Below are positions 50,226 to 58,309 of a stretch of 64,000 nt of DNA, piece by piece. The translations under genes and the position numbers were made by a program. Source of the stretch: Myxococcota bacterium (GTDB lineage: Bacteria; Myxococcota_A; SURF-8). The stretch lies in contig CAXXQS010000001.1 of the NCBI GenBank assembly GCA_963674735.2, positions 2,272,001-2,336,000 of the forward strand, read 5' to 3'. The first letter of the stretch is position 1. Each line of letters begins with the position of its first letter. The notes beneath the pieces are model-generated. The model was given only the letters and a program-made list of their open reading frames with translations, had not been told where the DNA came from and made no database searches.

Positions 50226-50502
50226 GATAGGCCACTCCTTTCCCCTCTTGTCTAGCGCGTTGGATGAAGCAGGTCAAGTTATTAACCCAACCCGCGGTTT
50301 CCTTGTATACTGCTCTCCCGAGTGATTCCACGAAACGAAATCATATAGAAGGCTCCCTCGATACGCCGTTTGTCAAACGGCAACACGGAGATGAACGTTT
50401 TCTGTAGCTTTCATTGGGAGAGCTTGCTTTTAGAACATAGCGGATGACAACTTATCCGAGCTACTCCTTTACAGCTCCAGCGAATAATTTCACACGGGAC
50501 AA

Positions 50503-50532
50503 TTGACTTTCGCCGCTAATCGTTTTAATAAT
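50503..50532 (+). promoter_or_regulatory. Sigma70-like promoter upstream of the tmRNA-like gene
   Basis: TTGACT followed 17 nt later by TAATAAT. Confidence 0.5.
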
Positions 50533-50556
50533 AACATGATTACGGTTCTATGGCAT

Positions 50557-50677
50557 GGGGGCGACAGGGCTTCGACGGGGTGCAGCTATCGCCTGGATAT
50601 AGATACATTCTTCAGATAGCTAGCCTGACGTTGCGCCGCACAAGCGGTGTTAGGTTCGATTCCCCCCGCCTCCACCA
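50557..50677 (+). ncRNA. Miniature or internally deleted tmRNA-like gene (tRNA-like ends only)
   Basis: 5' GGGGGCGACAGGGCTTCGACGGGG and 3' GGTTCGATTCCCCCCGCCTCCACCA. They form a 7-bp acceptor stem with a G3-U wobble and encoded ACCA. Only 121 nt long; T-stem only 2 bp. Confidence 0.75.
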
Positions 50678-50781
50678 TTTTATGTTTATGATTTCAACAA
50701 CTTATGACTCTCACCTAGAAGCAGTGCCCAAATAGTGCCTAACTAAATTTGATGTTATCCTGCATGGAGGTCACTTTAATA

Positions 50782-51444
50782 ATGACATCTAAAAGCAATA
50801 TTTGGGTCGCTTCAATAGTTTGTTTTGTTATTACTTTGGCGATATATATTTCTTTGAATGGCTATCTAAATACAAAATACCCTAATGATAAATGGGCTAC
50901 GGCCATTCTTGAAATAGTGTCTTCGCTTGGTGTATATACCATAATTTTTCATCTGTACTTGTTTATCTACGAGAAGTACCTATTTGTAATGATTGATAAA
51001 AGATTTGACATGACAGGCGAGTGGTTTCAGGTATTTATCATTAAGAACCCCGCAGATGGGGTGGCATCAATTCGTCACGGTTATTGTTCGATTAAAGCTT
51101 CACCTAATGGAATAAATCTTTCGGCAGAGAATTATAGACCTGATGACACCTTTAGTTCAAACTGGCAGTCGGAAGTCACTACCATTATTAACAATCAACT
51201 ATATGTAATGTTTGTGTCACAGGGCAACAGGCCCACAAACCCAATAACAAGAGGAACAATGGTTTTTAATATTCATGGGTGTCCTCCAAATCGGCTAATT
51301 GGTACTTTTAATGATTCAACACCTGCAACCCATTCGGGAGAAATCCGTATATTTCGTGAGTATGATGAATATTGTCAATACTTAAATAGTTTTCAGGTCG
51401 ATGGGGTTCCAGATATACCTAGCAGGCTAGATCAAGGCGAATGA
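50782..51444 (+). CDS. 2-TM + beta-rich protein resembling Cap15/SMODS-associating 2TM-beta effectors
   Basis: Two N-terminal TM helices, DMTGEW after TM2, beta-strand-rich C-terminus ending LIGTF...SGEIRIFR; GGAGG RBS; AT-rich. Confidence 0.6.
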   Translation: MTSKSNIWVASIVCFVITLAIYISLNGYLNTKYPNDKWATAILEIVSSLGVYTIIFHLYLFIYEKYLFVMIDKRFDMTGEWFQVFIIKNPADGVASIRHGYCSIKASPNGINLSAENYRPDDTFSSNWQSEVTTIINNQLYVMFVSQGNRPTNPITRGTMVFNIHGCPPNRLIGTFNDSTPATHSGEIRIFREYDEYCQYLNSFQVDGVPDIPSRLDQGE

Positions 51445-51445
51445 T

Positions 51446-52027
51446 ATGTATTTTTTTGAATATGCAAAGAGTTTTCTCTACAGGATGCTATTGAAAAGAA
51501 AGCATACCTTTATAAATCCTACCGCAATAATACTTAATGTAAAAAAAATAGATATCGGTTCCAACGTGATAGTGGGCAGACATGCTTTTATTAGGGGAGG
51601 TCAAGATCCGTCAAGCCATCTTAAAATTGGTGATAATGTAGTAATTAGAATGAATACGTACTTAAGTTCCAGGCATGGGGATCTATCCATCGGTAAAAAC
51701 ACCTATTTTGCTCACTCCTGTTGGCTTGGAGGGCAAGGAACCACAACCATCGGAATGAACTGCTTGTTTGGTCCTAATGTTGTGTCAATCTCTTCCAACC
51801 ATGATTATAATAATATTTCAACTCCCTATCACAAAGGGGATGAACTTCCAGGTGTAATCACAATTGGGGATAATGTATGGATTGGAGCAAATGCAGTAAT
51901 ATTACCCAATGTAAAAATAGGAAATGGAGCAGTTATCGGTGCCGGATCTGTAGTAACCAGTGATGTACCAGCGAGAACTCTTTTTGTTGGTAACCCAGCT
52001 ATATTCCAGAAAAATCTACGTTCCTAA
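51446..52027 (+). CDS. Left-handed beta-helix (hexapeptide) acyltransferase
   Basis: IGDNV repeats, SSNHD, IGDNVWIGANAVILPNVKIG and GAGSVVTSDVP...GNPA motifs. Confidence 0.92.
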   Translation: MYFFEYAKSFLYRMLLKRKHTFINPTAIILNVKKIDIGSNVIVGRHAFIRGGQDPSSHLKIGDNVVIRMNTYLSSRHGDLSIGKNTYFAHSCWLGGQGTTTIGMNCLFGPNVVSISSNHDYNNISTPYHKGDELPGVITIGDNVWIGANAVILPNVKIGNGAVIGAGSVVTSDVPARTLFVGNPAIFQKNLRS

Positions 52028-52179
52028 TTGCAGTTTAATAGTCCTTGAGAGACCCGTTTTTTCAATGGGTAAAGGCTGTTAACTATATTATACGAAATTC
52101 ACCCATCCAACCCCTTGACCGCATCCCGTTTGACCTCCGGGGCCAAGTGCATGTACCGCATTGTAGCCGGGTAGCGACG

Positions 52180-52206
52180 TGGAGCCCGTCGGAGACGCGC
52201 TCCAAC
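52180..52206 (-). repeat. REP-like palindrome abutting the right direct repeat
   Basis: Minus strand reads GTTGGAGCGCGTCTCCGACGGGCTCCA. Confidence 0.8.
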
Positions 52207-52270
52207 ACGATTTCATGAAATGAAATCGCATCGAAGGCTGCCTCGATACGCCGTTTAACCGGATTCCCAT

Positions 52271-52298
52271 TTGACAGACAGCCCCCAGGCGCTAAGAT
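52271..52298 (+). promoter_or_regulatory. Sigma70-like promoter
   Basis: TTGACA-N16-TAAGAT. Confidence 0.5.
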
Positions 52299-52341
52299 AG
52301 GGCCCGATTCCGATGTGGATTTCCGGAGGAAGAAAGCGATC

Positions 52342-53121
52342 ATGTCCAAACCGATCTATCGTCACTGCAGCCTGCGCTTCTTCGACCGCGATTGGGAGCA
52401 TCACCGCGCCGCCCAAGCCCCCCTGGAACTCGTCCTGCACGGCGATGAGTTGGATGCCTGGCGCACTAACGGCGCGCTGGAGGCCATTCGCCGTCTCAAA
52501 GCGGATTACAACCCGCCGCTGTCGCTGCACGGTCCGGTTTTCGGCTTCGATCCGGCCTCCCATGATAAAGGTCTGGCCGCCCTCACCGAGAAACGCGCCC
52601 TGCTGGCTCTGGAAGCCGCCGAGGAAATGCAGGCCGAGGTAATCGTTTTCCATTCCAGTTTCAATTACCTCGCCTACGGTTTCGAACGCGACTACTGGCG
52701 CGAAACCAGCAGCGCCTTCTATCTGCGCCTGCTGGAACAGCTCCCGCCCGAACGCCGGATCGTCGTCGAGAACATCCACGAAGTCGAACCGACCCCCCTG
52801 GCGTCTCTGGTACATGGGATCGACGATGCGCGCCTGGGCCACTGCTTCGATGTGGGTCATTTCAATATGTTCTGCAAAACCGTCGACATGGCCGACTGGC
52901 TGGCCGCCTTCGCCGGTCGCTTGGGCCACATCCATCTGCACGACAATCAGGGACGTGAAGACCTGCACCACCCGCCGGGGACGGGCACGATCGATTATAC
53001 GCCCCTGCTAAAAGTTCTCAAGACCGCCCCCGAACCTTGGTCGGTGACGGTGGAATGCAAGAATACCGCCGACAACGATCAGGCGGTAGCCTGGACGACA
53101 GAATACCTGCCCCTAGGCTAA
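52342..53121 (+). CDS. Xylose isomerase-like/AP endonuclease 2 TIM-barrel protein
   Basis: SLHGP, VVENI, FDVGH, HIHLHDN, DLH and GTID motifs. Confidence 0.88.
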   Translation: MSKPIYRHCSLRFFDRDWEHHRAAQAPLELVLHGDELDAWRTNGALEAIRRLKADYNPPLSLHGPVFGFDPASHDKGLAALTEKRALLALEAAEEMQAEVIVFHSSFNYLAYGFERDYWRETSSAFYLRLLEQLPPERRIVVENIHEVEPTPLASLVHGIDDARLGHCFDVGHFNMFCKTVDMADWLAAFAGRLGHIHLHDNQGREDLHHPPGTGTIDYTPLLKVLKTAPEPWSVTVECKNTADNDQAVAWTTEYLPLG

Positions 53122-53285
53122 GTCCGCCAGCCCCGCCAATCGCACCGGACAAACCCGCAGTGACACCCACAACTGACAAGCAGAGTTGACACTGCCTGCC
53201 TCAACAACGGCCTGGTTCTACGTTCGACAAGAATATTTACTAGTGATATCAAGGGATACTCGTCTTTACAGATATTCATCTAAAA

Positions 53286-53302
53286 TTGGCACGAACCCTG
53301 CT
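53286..53302 (+). promoter_or_regulatory. Sigma54 (-24/-12) promoter
   Basis: TTGGCACGAACCCTGCT with exact GG-N10-GC spacing, ~110 nt upstream of the Cys-rich lipoprotein. Confidence 0.7.
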
Positions 53303-53411
53303 TTGAACTAAGAGCATGTTGACGAGACAACAAATGAGTCAGGATGTATTGACAATGAAAACCGAACACCCTACAAACAAATTATATGTGAGTTGTGAAA
53401 GGAGGTCTGTG

Positions 53412-55532
53412 ATGACCCGTTCGATGTATTGGCTGTGTCTGCTGGCCATCCCCCTGATGCTGTTTGGCTGCTGGGAAGTCAGTCTGGGCGACAGCGATCC
53501 CGATAACACGGATCAAGATCCGAAATTGGAGAAATTCGACACCAGCGGCTGCAAAGGCTATGAGGAAGACGCCCCGGCGGCAAAGCTCAACGACTCCGAT
53601 TCGGCCTTGCCCAACCCCGAGGGCAACCCCATCCAGGCCATTGCGCATGATACGTCCATCACCATCATCCATCACAATGCGTACTACCAGTGCGGCGCGG
53701 AAATGAGCTTCAAGCTGACCGCCGATGGCCGGGATCTGAAGCTGAATGAGATCGATAACGCGAGCATGGTTACCGATTGCATGTGCTACATGGATCTGCA
53801 GACCGACATCACCGGTCTCGTCCCCCAAACCACCTATCACGTGGAAGTGTGGGATGAATTCGGCGACATCCTGTTCGGCGAAGTGGACGTCACCGTCGGC
53901 GAGTGCGACGACACATGCGTCTTCGACCGCGATTGCCGGGATCTCGATTTACCGCATCCCGAATGCGGAGGCGACTGGGCCTGCATGGAAGGCAGCTGCG
54001 AATGGATCTGCGACAGCGACCCCATCGCTTGTTCCAGCGACTACGACTGCCCCGCCGACTACGAGTGTGTGTGGTACGATCAGGCCCAGCCGAGCACACC
54101 CGACGAAAACGGTGCGGATATGCCGGCGATGATGTGCGAAGTGGATTCGGATTGCCCGGAAGGCCAGCAATGCGCCCTGGTCGACTGCGCCGAGGGCTAC
54201 GACTGTGAACCCTACGGCGTCTGCATGGGAGACGATCCCTGGTACGGCGAAGGCATATGCGAACCGCGACAAGTCGAGTGTTACACCGATGAGGACTGCT
54301 ACGAATACGATTGGATGCCCGGTCCTTGCCTGGGCGGCACTTACGTAGCCTGTGAAAACAACCAATGCGTCTTCGATTGCTTCGATGAGGAATGCCGCAG
54401 CGATTACGATTGCCCGAACGGCTCCCACTGCGAGTTCTACGACGTTTATCCCGATGAACCGGGCTACCCCGAAGGTGGCGGCGAAACCGGCATTCCACTC
54501 GAATGCGCTTCGGACGCCGATTGCCCCGAAGGTCTGTGGTGCGAATTGATGGACTGCGGTCCCAACGAAGACTGCTATCCCTACGGCATGTGCGTGGGCG
54601 GCGATCCGTGGCCGACCGAAGGCGTGTGTGTGCCCGACAGCCAACCGGAGTGCTGGGAGGATGCGGATTGCCCCAGCGGCTATCATTGTGAATACAGCGA
54701 TATACCCGTGCCGGGCGACGATGGAACCACGGATCCCACCGCGGATGAAGCTCCCGATATGCCACCGCCCTACGGCATCTGCGTCGCCGATGACCCGTCC
54801 TTCATCTGCTGGGATCTGGGAGGCGAATGCTTCCCGCTGACCGCCGACGGCGCCATGTGTCCGCCGGGATGGCAACTGGCCGATATGCTCTATGGCGTGG
54901 AACCGCTATGCGGAGTCGGCGGTGCATGCTGCATGCCGATCGAAATGGAATGCGACAGCAACGCCGATTGCGCCTATGGCGAAGTGTGTGTAAACGGGTT
55001 GTGCCAGGGTTCCTGCAACTGCGACGATGTCTACGAACCGGTTTGCGGCTACGACGGTCGAACCTACCCCAACGCCTGCGAAGCCGCCTGCGACGGCGTT
55101 CGAATCCTGCACCACGGCGCGTGCGCTGAAGGCTGCGTCTGCCCGGAATACTTCGCCCCCGTCTGCGGCACGAATGGCAAGACCTACGACAACGAATGCT
55201 TCGCCGAATGCGATAATGTGGCGATTCTTCACCAAGGTTTCTGCGACGATCCGCAGTACGAATGCAGCAGTGATCTCGATTGCCCGAATGGCTTCATCTG
55301 CGACCCCTGCCCGCCCTATCCGGGCTGCCCCGAATGCGACGCCTGCGGTCCGGCCGTCTGTGTCCCGGGAAATGATCCCAGCTGCGAGGATTTCGGCGGC
55401 TTCTGCATCGGCCTTTACCCCGGTTCTCAATGCCCCGACGGCTACACGGTGCCGCAGGTGACGGTGGTCCTGTGCGGCGACGGCGGCATGTGCTGCGCCC
55501 CGATCACGGAGGATGGCGAACTTCCCGATTAA
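53412..55532 (+). CDS. Cys-rich acidic lipoprotein with two Kazal domains and CxxDxDCP repeats
   Basis: LFGC lipobox; CDDVYEPVCGYDGRTYPNAC and CPEYFAPVCGTNGKTYDNEC Kazal motifs; AGGAGG RBS. Confidence 0.85.
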   Translation: MTRSMYWLCLLAIPLMLFGCWEVSLGDSDPDNTDQDPKLEKFDTSGCKGYEEDAPAAKLNDSDSALPNPEGNPIQAIAHDTSITIIHHNAYYQCGAEMSFKLTADGRDLKLNEIDNASMVTDCMCYMDLQTDITGLVPQTTYHVEVWDEFGDILFGEVDVTVGECDDTCVFDRDCRDLDLPHPECGGDWACMEGSCEWICDSDPIACSSDYDCPADYECVWYDQAQPSTPDENGADMPAMMCEVDSDCPEGQQCALVDCAEGYDCEPYGVCMGDDPWYGEGICEPRQVECYTDEDCYEYDWMPGPCLGGTYVACENNQCVFDCFDEECRSDYDCPNGSHCEFYDVYPDEPGYPEGGGETGIPLECASDADCPEGLWCELMDCGPNEDCYPYGMCVGGDPWPTEGVCVPDSQPECWEDADCPSGYHCEYSDIPVPGDDGTTDPTADEAPDMPPPYGICVADDPSFICWDLGGECFPLTADGAMCPPGWQLADMLYGVEPLCGVGGACCMPIEMECDSNADCAYGEVCVNGLCQGSCNCDDVYEPVCGYDGRTYPNACEAACDGVRILHHGACAEGCVCPEYFAPVCGTNGKTYDNECFAECDNVAILHQGFCDDPQYECSSDLDCPNGFICDPCPPYPGCPECDACGPAVCVPGNDPSCEDFGGFCIGLYPGSQCPDGYTVPQVTVVLCGDGGMCCAPITEDGELPD

Positions 55533-55573
55533 GGTTGGTAACACGTAACCCCTAAACCTCTTCCTCTTCTCTT

Positions 55574-55605
55574 AACACCCCGCCCTTTGGCGGGGTGTTT
55601 TGTTT
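55574..55605 (+). terminator. Intrinsic terminator
   Basis: AACACCCCGCC-CTTT-GGCGGGGTGTT followed by a T-rich tail. Confidence 0.8.
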
Positions 55606-55823
55606 GCAGCTAAAACCCAAGACCGGAAGTATTCCTATATGATTTTTCTCATTTAATGAAAGAGAGAATCTGTTAAGTTGAAGAGGTGGCGGATACACCT
55701 CCTCGATTGACAACACGCCACGGTAAGATAAACACCTTGATCGGCAACACTACCATGCAGCGCCCCGCCATTCGGTGGGGCGTTCGTGTGTCATCTAGCT
55801 ATCTCAAAATAATGAAAAGAATT

Positions 55824-58142
55824 TCAGTAAAGGCACATCGTGTTGTAGCAGATCTGAATTCTCGCTTCGGGAGGCGGCAACACCGATTGGTCGAAAATGA
55901 TGGAGTTCGACACCGCGTCGTATTGCCAATCCATGACCATGGTGCCGTTGACAAAAACCGACATCGTGTTCGGATCGGCCAGTCGCGACAGGAAATACTG
56001 GCTTCTCGATGCGAAGAGGTAGCTGATGAAGTTATCGAAAAACGCATCGTAACTCGATTCACAGATCGAATAGAAGTGAACCTCGTTTCGCTGGTTACAG
56101 GCATCCGCCACACCGATCAATCGAGACGCTGCCGATGCGGACGTGCCGCCACTCCCGCCTTCGCAGCCGTTTGGAAGATCGCCCGCCAGCGCGTAGACCT
56201 CCAGCATATGGAGATTATGCATCCCCTTGATACTGCGAAAGAAATCGATGTAGAAGTCACTGGTTGCCATCGATTGGTCGTCTTCGTCCGACACGAACAC
56301 GATCATCAATTTGGCATCGTCACGCAAAAATCCCGTATTTGAACCGCTGAGAAGCGGCTCGCTGAGGGCCCGATAGGCGGCATCCAGCGGCGCTTCCTGC
56401 TCACCTTCGCAGGTCGCCCCCAAATCATCGATGCGATTGTTAAAGGCTTGAATCAGCTGTTCGTCGGTCAACGCGTCGGGACCATCGGTGGCCAGAACCG
56501 CCGGTGTCCCAAGAAGATGTCCGCTATGTGCGGGATTTTCCACGTCACAGGAGGTCACGCCGATATGGAAATCGCCGTCGTCTTCGGTCAGATTCTCGAT
56601 GAAATCCGCGAACGCCTCCACCAGCCGCTCGCGTTCCTCCGTCATCGATCCCGAACAATCCACCACAAACAGCACATCCGCCATCGGCTCGGACAAGGTG
56701 CGATATTCGTCGCAAACCGAAAATCTTTCAACACCTTTCGCCTTTACCGTGGCGGAGTATTGCCCCTGTCCGTCGCCTAAACCGATCACGACTTGCCCCC
56801 AGTGCTCTCCAAGCGTCGACGGACAATGGCGCAATGAAAACGAGAAGTGATCGGGATTGTCGCCGCCGATATCGACAGGCAAAGAAGGCAAATCAGACAG
56901 CTCGAATTGTTGGGACTCGGTTCCCGTAACCTCGATCGATTGTACCGTCACCGGTAAATTGCCGGTGTTGTAGAAGGATATCTGTTTGGGGCGAGTGCAA
57001 CATTGCACCGTCACATCGACGAAATCGAGGTTCGATGGCAGAAGCTCAATCCCATAACCGCCCCCTGAACCATAAAGCCCCACAATCGCCGAACCATCGA
57101 TTGAAAACGGAATATCGTCCGTCTGCCAACTCGACAACTGGGCGTTGGATGCGATATGCAAGGCAGCGGCGTAGGCCACCCCCTCGTCGCTCGGAGAGAA
57201 CGTTACATCGAGGATCAGCTGCTCATTGCGTTCCAGGGTATAGTCGCCCATCGTACCGGGAGCGGACGTAAATACGCTGCCTGTCTGAAGTGGAAGAACG
57301 TAAAACAGGCCGGCATCCATGATTTCCAGGTTCAAAGGATCATCCCCGCAATTGGAAATGAGAATTTCACGGCTTTCCGCAGTTCCGGCCTTGATGGTAC
57401 CGAAGTTGAGACCCGGCCCCGGCTGCACACCCATGACTCCCATCAAACCATCCTGCGGCTCAACACCCAGGCAAGGCGGAAGATGCTCGCGCGTACGCAA
57501 AACAAGGTCCATCCGGCTTTCGCGCTGATAGGCGTCTCCATCGTTCCACGCAATATCGATGCGACCCACCAGATTCTGATTCAATCCGTGTACGCCTTCG
57601 ATTGCACCTCCGCTCACCGAAACGGAGACGGATTCATTTTCACCTAACTTCAACGGAAGCTGATCGATCGGAGCGTTTGCCCATTTAAAGGCTCCGTCGG
57701 CATCATTGGAAAGCGTAATCGAAGTGATGAATAAATCGGCCCCCCCCTGATTCTTTAAGACAAACGACTTCGTTTCCACAACATCCAGCGGCAGGGATCC
57801 GAAACTCAAAACCGCAGGGTCCAGCAGCAGAGACGGCAGGCACTTGTCGCACTCATCTGAATCGCCGTCGGGCAACGTATCGCCGTCGGGCAACGTATCG
57901 CCATCGGGCAACAAGGTATCGCCATCGGGCAACAAGGTATCGCCATCGGTTTCATCGCCATCGGGAGCGTCGCCATCGGAAGCATCGCCGTCGGGAGCGT
58001 CGCCGTCGGGTTCGTCGCCGTCGGGTTCGTCGCCGTCGGGTTCGTCGCCGTCAGCGAAGCCACTTTCGATCATCGACGTGCAGGATAGCCCCATGCATGC
58101 CAACACAAGCAGGACAGTCAGAATGATCGATCCATTTCTCAT
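55824..58142 (-). CDS. Lipoprotein: DGD repeats, three Ig-like (ASH/choice-of-anchor D) domains, VWA domain
   Basis: GLSC lipobox; LSFG/LNFG/LDF...NxG Ig-like units; DVLFVVDCSGSM MIDAS; FVSDEDD. Confidence 0.85.
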   Translation of the reverse strand: MRNGSIILTVLLVLACMGLSCTSMIESGFADGDEPDGDEPDGDEPDGDAPDGDASDGDAPDGDETDGDTLLPDGDTLLPDGDTLPDGDTLPDGDSDECDKCLPSLLLDPAVLSFGSLPLDVVETKSFVLKNQGGADLFITSITLSNDADGAFKWANAPIDQLPLKLGENESVSVSVSGGAIEGVHGLNQNLVGRIDIAWNDGDAYQRESRMDLVLRTREHLPPCLGVEPQDGLMGVMGVQPGPGLNFGTIKAGTAESREILISNCGDDPLNLEIMDAGLFYVLPLQTGSVFTSAPGTMGDYTLERNEQLILDVTFSPSDEGVAYAAALHIASNAQLSSWQTDDIPFSIDGSAIVGLYGSGGGYGIELLPSNLDFVDVTVQCCTRPKQISFYNTGNLPVTVQSIEVTGTESQQFELSDLPSLPVDIGGDNPDHFSFSLRHCPSTLGEHWGQVVIGLGDGQGQYSATVKAKGVERFSVCDEYRTLSEPMADVLFVVDCSGSMTEERERLVEAFADFIENLTEDDGDFHIGVTSCDVENPAHSGHLLGTPAVLATDGPDALTDEQLIQAFNNRIDDLGATCEGEQEAPLDAAYRALSEPLLSGSNTGFLRDDAKLMIVFVSDEDDQSMATSDFYIDFFRSIKGMHNLHMLEVYALAGDLPNGCEGGSGGTSASAASRLIGVADACNQRNEVHFYSICESSYDAFFDNFISYLFASRSQYFLSRLADPNTMSVFVNGTMVMDWQYDAVSNSIIFDQSVLPPPEARIQICYNTMCLY
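57863..58052 (-). repeat. Coding DGD repeats (15-, 21- and 18-bp units)
   Basis: DGDEP x3, DGDAP, DGDTLLP x2, DGDTLP x2. Confidence 0.9.
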
Positions 58143-58309
58143 TACTCATTCTCCCATGGATTCGAACTGCGCCATCTGCGACAATCCCTTGAACCACACA
58201 TGTTAAATTCAGAATAAGGATAAGTTGCCTGAAATCACGTTTTCTTGCAAGTATTTTAGGAGAGTCTCGGAGTAAATTAAAGCCATTTCCGTTGGAAAAC
58301 GATACCAGC

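Larger units (their letters stand above)
50324..52256. mobile_element. ~1.9 kb AT-rich mini-island bounded by an imperfect 48-bp direct repeat
   Basis: 50324-50371 versus 52209-52256, 41/48 identical by hand alignment (...GAAGGCT[C/G]CCTCGATACGCCGTTT). Confidence 0.75.

Noticed and set aside
50439-50486. Short frame ADDNLSELLLYSSSE* upstream of the tmRNA-like gene as a permuted tag reading frame
   Set aside because: It lies upstream of the promoter, lacks the C-terminal LAA-type ending, and the gene order does not match permuted tmRNAs.
50557-50677. Canonical tRNA-Ala or intron-containing tRNA
   Set aside because: No D-stem or anticodon arm; the 5' end is tmRNA-type.
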